The notes beneath the pieces were generated by a model. The model searched no databases, was not told the DNA's origin, and worked only from the letters and a program-made list of their open reading frames with translations. A DNA stretch of 64,000 nucleotides from Lytechinus pictus (lineage: Eukaryota): the NCBI RefSeq assembly GCF_037042905.1, contig NC_087251.1, positions 29,080,001-29,144,000 of the forward strand, in the 5' to 3' direction. Of the stretch, positions 23,001-34,700 are shown one piece after another (the first letter of the stretch is position 1; the number at the start of each line of letters is the position of its first letter). The translations under genes were made by a program, and so were the position numbers.

Positions 23001-26000
23001 TCTGGCACCCGAATGGGTCAATATACAAAGAATAAAGAAGATCGATTTCGAAAAGATTTTCGGGTCTCTCGCCCCACCCGCGACCTGGCCAAATTGTCAG
23101 AAATTGGGCAAAATAATTTTTTTCCAAAAAAGCCCCCCTAAACCCCCCAAACCAGCCGTCTTCGCTCCGAGGGGTCTTCTGGCATCCGAATGGGTCAATA
23201 TACAAAGAATAAAGAAGATCGATTTCGAAAAGATTTTCGGGTCTCTCGCCCCACCCGCGACCTGGCCAAATTGTCAGAAATTGAGCAAAATAATTTTTTT
23301 CCAAAAAAGCCCCCCTTAACCCCCCCAAACCAGCCGTCTTCGCTCCGAGGGGTCTTCTGGCATCCGAATGGGTCAATATACAAAGAATAAAGAAGATCGA
23401 TTTCGAAAAGATTTTCGGGTCTCTCGCCCCATCCGCGACCTGGCCAAATTGTCAGAAATTGAGCAAAATAATTTTTTTTCCAAAAAAGCCCCCCTAAACA
23501 CCCCCAAACCAGCCGTCTTCGCTCCGAGGGGTCTTCTGGCATCCGAATGGGTCAATATACAAAGAATAAAGAAGATCGTTTTCGAAAAGATTTTTGGGTC
23601 TCTCGCCCCACCCGCGACCTGGCCAAATTGTCAGAAATTGAGCAAAATAATTTTTTTCCAAAAAAGCCCCCCTAAACCCCCCCAAACCAGCCGTCTTGCT
23701 CCGAGGGGTCTTCTGGCATCCGAATGGGTCAATATACAAAGAATAAAGAAGATCGATTTCAAAAAGATTTTCGGGTCTCTCGCCCCACCCGCGACCTGGC
23801 CAAATTGTCAGAAATTGGGCAAAATAATTTTTTTCCAAAAAAGCCCCCCTAAACCCCCCCAAACCAGCCGTCTTCGCTCCGAGGGGTCTTCTGGCATCCG
23901 AATTGGTCAATATACAAAGAATAAAGAAGATCGATTTCAAAAAGATTTCCGGGTCTCTCGCCCCTCCCGCGACCTGGCCAAATTGTCAGAAATTGAGCAA
24001 AATAATTTTTTTCCAAAAAAGCCCCCCTAAACCCCCCCCAAACCAGCCGTCTTCGCTCCGAGGGGTCTTCTGGCATCCGAATGGGTCAATATACAAAGAA
24101 TAAAGAAGATCGATTTCGAAAAGATTTTCGGGTCTCTCGCACTTCCCGCGACCTGGTCAAATTGTCAGAAATTGAGCAAAATAATTTTTTTCCAAAAAGG
24201 CCCCCCTAAACCCCCCCAAACCAGCCGTCTTCGCTCCGAGGGGTCTTCTGGCATCCGAATGGGTCAATATACAAAGAATAAAGAAGATCGATTTCGAAAA
24301 GATTTTCGGGTCTCTCGCCCCACCCGCGACCTGGCCAAATTGTCAGAAATTGAGCAAAATAATTTTTTTTCCAAAAAAGCCCCCCTAAACACCCCCAAAC
24401 CAGCCGTCTTCGCTCCGAGGGGTCTTCTGGCATCCGAATGGGTCAATATACAAAGAATAAAGAAGATCGATTTCGAAAAGATTTTCGGGTCTCTCGCCCC
24501 ACCCGCGACCTGGCCAAATTGTCAGAAATTGAGCAAAATAATTTTTTTCCAAAAAAGCCCCCCTAAACCCCCCCAAACCAGCCGTCTTCGCTCCGAGGGG
24601 TCTTTTGGCATCCGAATGGGTCAATATACAAAGAATAAAGAAGATCGATTTCGAAAAGATTTTCGGGTCTCTCGCCCCATCCGCGACCTGGCCAAATTGT
24701 CAGAAATTGAGCAAAATAATTTTTTTTCCAAAAAAGCCCCCCTAAACACCCCCAAACCAGCCGTCTTCGCTCCGAGGGGTCTTCTGGCATCCGAATGGGT
24801 CAATATACAAAGAATAAAGAAGATCGATTTCGAAAAGATTTTCGGGTCTCTCGCACTTCCCGCGACCTGGTCAAATTGTCAGAAATTGAGCAAAATAATT
24901 TTTTTCCAAAAAGGCCCCCCTAAACCCCCCCAAACCAGCCGTCTTCGCTCCGAGGGGTCTTCTGGCATCCGAATGGGTCAATATACAAAGAATAAAGAAG
25001 ATCGATTTCGAAAAGATTTTCGGGTCTCTCGCCCCACCCGCGACCTGGCCAAATTGTCAGAAATTGAGCAAAATAATTTTTTTCTCCAAAAAAGCCCCCC
25101 TAAACACCCCCAAACCAGCCGTCTTCGCTCCGAGGGGTCTTCTGGCATCCGAATGGGTCAATATACAAAGAATAAAGAAGATCGATTTCGAAAAGATTTT
25201 CGGGTCTCTCGCCCCATACGCGACCTGGCCAAATTGTCAGAAATTGAGCAAAATAATTTTTTTTCCAAAAAAGCCCCCCTAAACACCCCCAAACCAGCCG
25301 TCTTCGCTCCGAGGGGTCTTCTGGCATCCGAATGGGTCAATATACAAAGAATAAAGAAGATCGATTTCGAAAAGATTTTCGGGTCTCTCGCCCCACCCGC
25401 GACCTGGCCAAATTGTCAGAAATTGAGCAAAATAATTTTTTTCCAAAAAAGCCCCCCTAAACCCCCCCAAACCAGCCGTCTTCGCTCCGAGGGGTCTTCT
25501 GGCATCCGAATGGGTCAATATACAAAGAATAAAGAAGATCGATTTCGAAAAGATTTTCGGGTCTCTCGCCCCATCCGCGACCTGGCCAAATTGTCAGAAA
25601 TTGAGCAAAATAATTTTTTTTCCAAAAAAGCCCCCCTAAACCCCCCCAAACCAGCCGTCTTCGCTCCGAGGGGTCTTCTGGCATCCGAATTGGTCAATAT
25701 ACAAAGAATAAAGAAGATCGATTTCAAAAAGATTTTCGGGTCTCTCGCCCCTCCCGCGACCTGGCCAAATTGTCAGAAATTGAGCAAAATAATTTTTTTC
25801 CAAAAAAGCCCCCCTAAACCCCCCCCAAACCAGCCGTCTTCGCTCCGAGGGGTCTTCTGGCATCCGAATGGGTCAATATACAAAGAATAAAGAAGATCGA
25901 TTTCGAAAAGATTTTCGGGTCTCTCGCACTTCCCGCGACCTGGTCAAATTGTCAGAAATTGAGCAAAATAATTTTTTTCCAAAAAGGCCCCCCTAAACCC

Positions 26001-27030
26001 CCCCAAACCAGCCGTCTTCGCTCCGAGGGGTCTTCTGGCATCCGAATGGGTCAATATACAAAGAATAAAGAAGATCGATTTCGAAAAGATTTTCGGGTCT
26101 CTCGCCCCACCCGCGACCTGGCCAAATTGTCAGAAATTGAGCAAAATAATTTTTTTTCCAAAAAAGCCCCCCTAAACACCCCCAAACCAGCCGTCTTCGC
26201 TCCGAGGGGTCTTCTGGCATCCGAATGGGTCAATATACAAAGAATAAAGAAGATCGATTTCGAAAAGATTTTCGGGTCTCTCGCCCCACCCGCGACCTGG
26301 CCAAATTGTCAGAAATTGAGCAAAATAATTTTTTTCCAAAAAAGCCCCCCTAAACCCCCCCAAACCAGCCGTCTTCGCTCCGAGGGGTCTTTTGGCATCC
26401 GAATGGGTCAATATACAAAGAATAAAGAAGATCGATTTCGAAAAGATTTTCGGGTCTCTCGCCCCATCCGCGACCTGGCCAAATTGTCAGAAATTGAGCA
26501 AAATAATTTTTTTTCCAAAAAAGCCCCCCTAAACACCCCCAAACCAGCCGTCTTCGCTCCGAGGGGTCTTCTGGCATCCGAATGGGTCAATATACAAAGA
26601 ATAAAGAAGATCGATTTCGAAAAGATTTTCGGGTCTCTCGCACTTCCCGCGACCTGGTCAAATTGTCAGAAATTGAGCAAAATAATTTTTTTCCAAAAAG
26701 GCCCCCCTAAACCCCCCCAAACCAGCCGTCTTCGCTCCGAGGGGTCTTCTGGCATCCGAATGGGTCAATATACAAAGAATAAAGAAGATCGATTTCGAAA
26801 AGATTTTCGGGTCTCTCGCCCCACCCGCGACCTGGCCAAATTGTCAGAAATTGAGCAAAATAATTTTTTTTCCAAAAAAGCCCCCCTAAACACCCCCAAA
26901 CCAGCCGTCTTCGCTCCGAGGGGTCTTCTGGCATCCGAATGGGTCAATATACAAAGAATAAAGAAGATCGATTTCAAAAAGATTTTCGGGTCTCTCGCCC
27001 CATACGCGACCTGGCCAAATTGTCAGAAAT
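17092..27030. repeat. 31-monomer (5531-bp) tandem duplication, second copy partial (~22630-27030)
   Basis: Linked rare variants at 18048/23579 (GATCGTT) and 18064/23595 (TTTTGGG). Identical 572-aa ORFs at 18641 and 24172. Also 20428/25959. Confidence 0.92.
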
Positions 27031-29560
27031 TGAGCAAAATAATTTTTTTCCAAAAAAGCCCCCCTAAACCCCCCCCAAACCAGCCGTCTTCGCTCCGAGG
27101 GGTCTTCTGGCATCCGAATGGGTCAATATACAAAGAATAAAGAAGATCGATTTCGAAAAGATTTTCCGGTCTCTCGCACTTCCCGCGACCTGGTCAAATT
27201 GTCAGAAATTGAGCAAAATAATTTTTTTCCAAAAAGGCCCCCCTAAACCCCCCCAAACCAGCCGTCTTCGCTCCGAGGGGTCTTCTGGCATCCGAATGGG
27301 TCAATATACAAAGAATAAAGAAGATCGATTTCGAAAAGATTTTCGGGTCTCTCGCCCCACCCGCGACCTGGCCAAATTGTCAGAAATTGAGCAAAATAAT
27401 TTTTTTTCCAAAAAAGCCCCCCTAAACACCCCCAAACCAGCCGTCTTCGCTCCGAGGGGTCTTCTGGCATCCGAATGGGTCAATATACAAAGAATAAAGA
27501 AGATCGATTTCGAAAAGATTTTCGGGTCTCTCGCACTTCCCGCGACCTGGTCAAATTGTCAGAAATTGAGCAAAATAATTTTTTTCCAAAAAGGCCCCCC
27601 TAAACCCCCCCAAACCAGCCGTCTTCGCTCCGAGGGGTCTTCTGGCATCCGAATGGGTCAATATACAAAGAATAAAGAAGATCGATTTCGAAAAGATTTT
27701 CGGGTCTCTCGCCCCACCCGCGACCTGGCCAAATTGTCAGAAATTGAGCAAAATAATTTTTTTCTCCAAAAAAGCCCCCCTAAACACCCCCAAACCAGCC
27801 GTCTTCGCTCCGAGGGGTCTTCTGGCATCCGAATGGGTCAATATACAAAGAATAAAGAAGATCGATTTCGAAAAGATTTTCGGGTCTCTCGCCCCATCCG
27901 CGACCTGGCCAAATTGTCAGAAATTGAGCAAAATAATTTTTTTTCCAAAAAAGCCCCCCTAAACACCCCCAAACCAGCCGTCTTCGCTCCGAGGGGTCTT
28001 CTGGCATCCGAATGGGTCAATATACAAAGAATAAAGAAGATCGATTTCGAAAAGATTTTCGGGTCTCTCGCCCCACCCGCGACCTGGCCAAATTGTCAGA
28101 AATTGAGCAAAATAATTTTTTTCTCCAAAAAAGCCCCCCTAAACACCCCCAAACCAGCCGTCTTCGCTCCGAGGGGTCTTCTGGCATCCGAATGGGTCAA
28201 TATACAAAGAATAAAGAAGATCGATTTCGAAAAGATTTTCGGGTCTCTCGCCCCATACGCGACCTGGCCAAATTGTCAGAAATTGAGCAAAATAATTTTT
28301 TTTCCAAAAAAGCCCCCCTAAACACCCCCAAACCAGCCGTCTTCGCTCCGAGGGGTCTTCTGGCATCCGAATGGGTCAATATACAAAGAATAAAGAAGAT
28401 CGATTTCGAAAAGATTTTCGGGTCTCTCGCCCCACCCGCGACCTGGCCAAATTGTCAGAAATTGAGCAAAATAATTTTTTTCCAAAAAAGCCCCCCTAAA
28501 CCCCCCCAAACCAGCCGTCTTCGCTCCGAGGGGTCTTCTGGCATCCGAATGGGTCAATATACAAAGAATAAAGAAGATCGATTTCGAAAAGATTTTCGGG
28601 TCTCTCGCCCCATCCGCGACCTGGCCAAATTGTCAGAAATTGAGCAAAATAATTTTTTTTCCAAAAAAGCCCCCCTAAACCCCCCCAAACCAGCCGTCTT
28701 CGCTCCGAGGGGTCTTCTGGTATCCGAATTGGTCAATATACAAAGAATAAAGAAGATCGATTTCAAAAAGATTTTCGGGTCTCTCGCCCCTCCCGCGACC
28801 TGGCCAAATTGTCAGAAATTGAGCAAAATAATTTTTTTCCAAAAAAGCCCCCCTAAACCCCCCCCAAACCAGCCGTCTTCGCTCCGAGGGGTCTTCTGGC
28901 ATCCGAATGGGTCAATATACAAAGAATAAAGAAGATCGATTTCGAAAAGATTTTCGGGTCTCTCGCACTTCCTGCGACCTGGTCAAATTGTCAGAAATTG
29001 AGCAAAATAATTTTTTTCCAAAAAGGCCCCCCTAAACCCCCCCAAACCAGCCGTCTTCGCTCCGAGGGGTCTTCTGGCATCCGAATGGGTCAATATACAA
29101 AGAATAAAGAAGATCGATTTCGAAAAGATTTTCGGGTCTCTCGCCCCACCCGCGACCTGGCCAAATTGTCAGAAATTGAGCAAAATAATTTTTTTTCCAA
29201 AAAAGCCCCCCTAAACACCCCCAAACCAGCCGTCTTCGCTCCGAGGGGTCTTCTGGCATCCGAATGGGTCAATATACAAAGAATAAAGAAGATCGATTTC
29301 GAAAAGATTTTCGGGTCTCTCGCCCCACCCGCGACCTGGCCAAATTGTCAGAAATTGAGCAAAATAATTTTTTTCCAAAAAAGCCCCCCTAAACCCCCCC
29401 AAACCAGCCGTCTTCGCTCCGAGGGGTCTTTTGGCATCCGAATGGGTCAATATACAAAGAATAAAGAAGATCGATTTCGAAAAGATTTTCGGGTCTCTCG
29501 CCCCACCCGCGACCTGGCCAAATTGTCAGAAATTGAGCAAAATAATTTTTTTCCAAAAAA

Positions 29561-29580
29561 GCCCCCCTAAACCAGCCGTC
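29561..29580. other. Short monomer (168 bp) with a 10-bp deletion of CCCCCCCAAA
   Basis: Reads GCCCCCCTAAACCAGCC instead of GCCCCCCTAAACCCCCCCAAACCAGCC. Confidence 0.93.
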
Positions 29581-29599
29581 TTCGCTCCGAGGGGTCTTT

Positions 29600-31200
29600 T
29601 GGCATCCGAATGGGTCAATATACAAAGAATAAAGAAGATCGATTTCGAAAAGATTTTCGGGTCTCTCGCCCCATCCGCGACCTGGCCAAATTGTCAGAAA
29701 TTGAGCAAAATAATTTTTTTTCCAAAAAAGCCCCCCTAAACACCCCCAAACCAGCCGTCTTCGCTCCGAGGGGTCTTCTGGCATCCGAATGGGTCAATAT
29801 ACAAAGAATAAAGAAGATCGATTTCGAAAAGATTTTCGGGTCTCTCGCACTTCCCGCGACCTGGTCAAATTGTCAGAAATTGAGCAAAATAATTTTTTTC
29901 CAAAAAGGCCCCACTAAACCCCCCCAAACCAGCCGTCTTCGCTCCGAGGGGTCTTCTGGCATCCGAATGGGTCAATATACAAAGAATAAAGAAGATCGAT
30001 TTCGAAAAGATTTTCGGGTCTCTCGCCCCACCCGCGACCTGGCCAAATTGTCAGAAATTGAGCAAAATAATTTTTTTTCCAAAAAAGCCCCCCTAAACAC
30101 CCCCAAACCAGCCGTCTTCGCTCCGAGGGGTCTTCTGGCATCCGAATGGGTCAATATACAAAGAATAAAGAAGATCGATTTCAAAAAGATTTTCGGGTCT
30201 CTCGCCCCATACGCGACCTGGCCAAATTGTCAGAAATTGAGCAAAATAATTTTTTTTCCAAAAAAGCCCCCCTAAACACCCCCAAACCAGCCGTCTTCGC
30301 TCCGAGGGGTCTTCTGGCATCCGAATGGGTCAATATACAAAGAATAAAGAAGATCGATTTCGAAAAGATTTTCGGGTCTCTCGCCCCACCCGCGACCTGG
30401 CCAAATTGTCAGAAATTGAGCAAAATAATTGTTTTCCAAAAAAGCTCCCCTAAACCCCCCCAAACCAGCCGTCTTCGCTCCGAGGGGTCTTCTGGCATCC
30501 GAATGGGTCAATATACAAAGAATAAAGAAGATCGATTTCGAAAAGATTTTCGGGTCTCTCGCCCCATCCGCGACCTGGCCAAATTGTCAGAAATTGAGCA
30601 AAATAATTTTTTTTCCAAAAAAGCCCCCCTAAACACCCCCAAACCAGCCGTCTTCGCTCCGAGGGGTCTTCTGGCATCCGAATGGGTCAATATACAAAGA
30701 ATAAAGAAGATCGATTTCGAAAAGATTTTCGGGTCTCTCGCCCCACCCGCGACCTGGCCAAATTGTCAGAAATTGGGCAAAATAATTTTTTTCCAAAAAA
30801 GCCCCCCTAAACCCCTCCAAACCAGCCGTCTTCGCTCCGAGGGGTCTTCTGGCATCCGAATGGGTCAATATACAAAGAATAAAGAAGATCGATTTCGAAA
30901 AGATTTTCGGGTCTCTCGCCCCTCCCGCGACCTGGCCAAATTGTCAGAAATTGAGCAAAATAATTTTTTTCCAAAAAAGCCCCCCTAAACCCCCCCCAAA
31001 CCAGCCGTCTTCGCTCCGAGGGGTCTTCTGGCATCCGAATCGGTCAATATACAAAGAATAAAGAAGATCGATTTCGAAAAGATTTTCGGGTCTCTCGCAC
31101 TTCCCGCGACCTGGTCAAATTGTCAGAAATTGAGCAAAATAATTTTTTTCCAAAAAGGCCCCCCTAACCCCCCCCCAAACCAGCCGTCTTCGCTCCGAGG
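29600..31200. repeat. Block copy of ~20900-22460 at offset 8738 bp (49 monomers)
   Basis: Rare TTGTTTTCC..AGCTCCCC variant at 21693 and 30431. AAACCCCTCC at ~22078/30816 and AATCGGTC at ~22303/31041. ORFs 21408 and 30146. Confidence 0.88.
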
Positions 31201-31790
31201 GGTCTTCTGGCATCCGAATGGGTCAATATACAAAGAATAAAGAAGATCGATTTCGAAAAGATTTTCGGGTCTCTCGCCCCATCCGCGACCTGGCCAAATT
31301 GTCAGAAATTGAGCAAAATAATTTTTTTTCCAAAAAAGCCCCCCTAAACACCCCCAAACCAGCCGTCTTCGCTCCGAGGGGTCTTCTGGCATCCGAATGG
31401 GTCAATATACAAAGAATAAAGAAGATCGATTTCGAAAAGATTTTCGGGTCTCTCGCCCCACCCGCGACCTGGCCAAATTGTCAGAAATTGGGCAAAATAA
31501 TTTTTTTCCAAAAAAGCCCCCCTAAACCCCTCCAAACCAGCCGTCTTCGCTCCGAGGGGTCTTCTGGCATCCGAATGGGTCAATATACAAAGAATAAAGA
31601 AGATCGATTTCGAAAAGATTTTCGGGTCTCTCGCCCCTCCCGCGACCTGGCCAAATTGTCAGAAATTGAGCAAAATAATTTTTTTCCAAAAAAGCCCCCC
31701 TAAACCCCCCCCAAACCAGCCGTCTTCGCTCCGAGGGGTCTTCTGGCATCCGAATCGGTCAATATACAAAGAATAAAGAAGATCGATTTC
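30520..31790. repeat. Local 4-monomer (715-bp) tandem duplication
   Basis: AAACCCCTCC at ~30816 and ~31531. AATCGGTC at ~31041 and ~31756. ORFs 30629/31344 and 30807/31522. Confidence 0.82.
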
Positions 31791-34700
31791 GAAAAGATAT
31801 TCGGGTCTCTCGCCCCACCCGCGACCTGGCCAAATTGTCAGAAATTGAGCAAAATAATTTTTTTCTCCAAAAAAGCCCCCCTAAACACCCCCAAACCAGC
31901 CGTCTTCGCTCCGAGGGGTCTTCTGGCATCCGAATGGGTCAATATACAAAGAATAAAGAAGATCGATTTCGAAAAGATTTTCGGGTCTCTCGCCCCATAC
32001 GCGACCTGGCCAAATTGTCAGAAATTGAGCAAAATAATTTTTTTTCCAAAAAAGCCCCCCTAAACACCCCCAAACCAGCCGTCTTCGCTCCGAGGGGTCT
32101 TCTGGCATCCGAATGGGTCAATATACAAAGAATAAAGAAGATCGATTTCGAAAAGATTTTCGGGTCTCTCGCCCCACCCGCGACCTGGCCAAATTGTCAG
32201 AAATTGAGCAAAATAATTTTTTTCCAAAAAAGCCCCCCTAAACCCCCCCAAACCAGCCGTCTTCGCTCCGAGGGGTCTTCTGGCATCCGAATGGGTCAAT
32301 ATACAAAGAATAAAGAAGATCGATTTCGAAAAGATTTTCGGGTCTCTCGCCCCATCCGCGACCTGGCCAAATTGTCAGAAATTGAGCAAAATAATTTTTT
32401 TTCCAAAAAAGCCCCCCTAAACCCCCCCAAACCAGCCGTCTTCGCTCCGAGGGGTCTTCTGGCATCCGAATTGGTCAATATACAAAGAATAAAGAAGATC
32501 GATTTCAAAAAGATTTTCGGGTCTCTCGCCCCTCCCGCGACCTGGCCAAATTGTCAGAAATTGAGCAAAATAATTTTTTTCCAAAAAAGCCCCCCTAAAC
32601 CCCCCCCAAACCAGCCGTCTTCGCTCCGAGGGGTCTTCTGGCATCCGAATGGGTCAATATACAAAGAATAAAGAAGATCGATTTCGAAAAGATTTTCGGG
32701 TCTCTCGCACTTCCCGCGACCTGGTCAAATTGTCAGAAATTGAGCAAAATAATTTTTTTCCAAAAAGGCCCCCCTAAACCCCCCCAAACCAGCCGTCTTC
32801 GCTCCGAGGGGTCTTCTGGCATCCGAATGGGTCAATATACAAAGAATAAAGAAGATCGATTTCGAAAAGATTTTCGGGTCTCTCGCCCCACCCGCGACCT
32901 GGCCAAATTGTCAGAAATTGAGCAAAATAATTTTTTTTCCAAAAAAGCCCCCCTAAACACCCCCAAACCAGCCGTCTTCGCTCCGAGGGGTCTTCTGGCA
33001 TCCGAATGGGTCAATATACAAAGAATAAAGAAGATCGATTTCGAAAAGATTTTCGGGTCTCTCGCCCCACCCGCGACCTGGCCAAATTGTCAGAAATTGA
33101 GCAAAATAATTTTTTTCCAAAAAAGCCCCCCTAAACCCCCCCAAACCAGCCGTCTTCGCTCCGAGGGGTCTTTTGGCATCAGAATGGGTCAATATACAAA
33201 GAATAAAGAAGATCGATTTCGAAAAGATTTTCGGGTCTCTCGCCCCATCCGCGACCTGGCCAAATTGTCAGAAATTGAGCAAAATAATTTTTTTTCCAAA
33301 AAAGCCCCCCTAAACACCCCCAAACCAGCCGTCTTCGCTCCGAGGGGTCTTCTGGCATCCGAATGGGTCAATATACAAAGAATAAAGAAGATCGATTTCG
33401 AAAAGATTTTCGGGTCTCTCGCACTTCCCGCGACCTGGTCAAATTGTCAGAAATTGAGCAAAATAATTTTTTTCCAAAAAGGCCCCCCTAAACCCCCCCA
33501 AACCAGCCGTCTTCGCTCCGAGGGGTCTTCTGGCATCCGAATGGGTCAATATACAAAGAATAAAGAAGATCGATTTCGAAAAGATTTTCGGGTCTCTCGC
33601 CCCACCCGCGACCTGGCCAAATTGTCAGAAATTGAGCAAAATAATTTTTTTTCCAAAAAAGCCCCCCTAAACACCCCCAAACCAGCCGTCTTCGCTCCGA
33701 GGGGTCTTCTGGCATCCGAATGGGTCAATATACAAAGAATAAAGAAGATCGATTTCAAAAAGATTTTCGGGTCTCTCGCCCCATACGCGACCTGGCCAAA
33801 TTGTCAGAAATTGAGGAAAATAATTTTTTTCCAAAAAAGCCCCCCTTAACCCCCCCAAACCAGCCGTCTTCGCTCCGAGGGGTCTTCTGGCATCCGAATG
33901 GGTCAATATACAAAGAATAAAGAAGATCGATTTCGAAAAGATTTTCGGGTCTCTCGCCCCACCCGCGACCTGGCCAAATTGTCAGAAATTGAGCAAAATA
34001 ATTTTTTTCCAAAAAAGCCCCCCTAAACCCCCCCAAACCAGCCGTCTTGCTCCGAGGGGTCTTCTGGCATCCGAATGGGTCAATATACAAAGAATAAAGA
34101 AGATCGATTTCAAAAAGATTTTCGGGTCTCTCGCCCCACCCGCGACCTGGCCAAATTGTCAGAAATTGGGCAAAATAATTTTTTTCCAAAAAAGCCCCCC
34201 TAAACCCCCCCAAACCAGCCGTCTTCGCTCCGAGGGGTCTTCTGGCATCCGAATTGGTCAATATACAAAGAATAAAGAAGATCGATTTCAAAAAGATTTC
34301 CGGGTCTCTCGCCCCTCCCGCGACCTGGCCAAATTGTCAGAAATTGAGCAAAATAATTTTTTTCCAAAAAAGCCCCCCTAAACCCCCCCCAAACCAGCCG
34401 TCTTCGCTCCGAGGGGTCTTCTGGCATCCGAATGGGTCAATATACAAAGAATAAAGAAGATCGATTTCGAAAAGATTTTCGGGTCTCTCGCCCCACCCGC
34501 GACCTGGCCAAATTGTCAGAAATTGAGCAAAATAATTTTTTTCCAAAAAAGCCCCCCTAAACCCCCCCAAACCAGCCGTCTTCGCTCCGAGGGGTCTTCT
34601 GGCATCCGAATGGGTCAATATTCAAAGAATAAAGAAGATCGATTTCGAAAAGATTTTCGGGTCTCTCGCCCCATCCGCGACCTGGACAAATTGTCAGAAA

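Larger units (their letters stand above)
16700..33900. repeat. Sub-domain B: TTCGAA-rich monomers with AAAAAGGCCC, CTTTTGGC and CCATACGC variants, organised around a ~1787-bp 10-mer
   Basis: AAAAAGGCCC first appears at ~18668. CTTTTGGC (about 19074 to 33174) and CCATACGC (about 19687 to 33785) were seen only in this interval. ORFs at 18641 and 20428 begin identically, 1787 bp apart. Boundaries are approximate. Confidence 0.8.
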
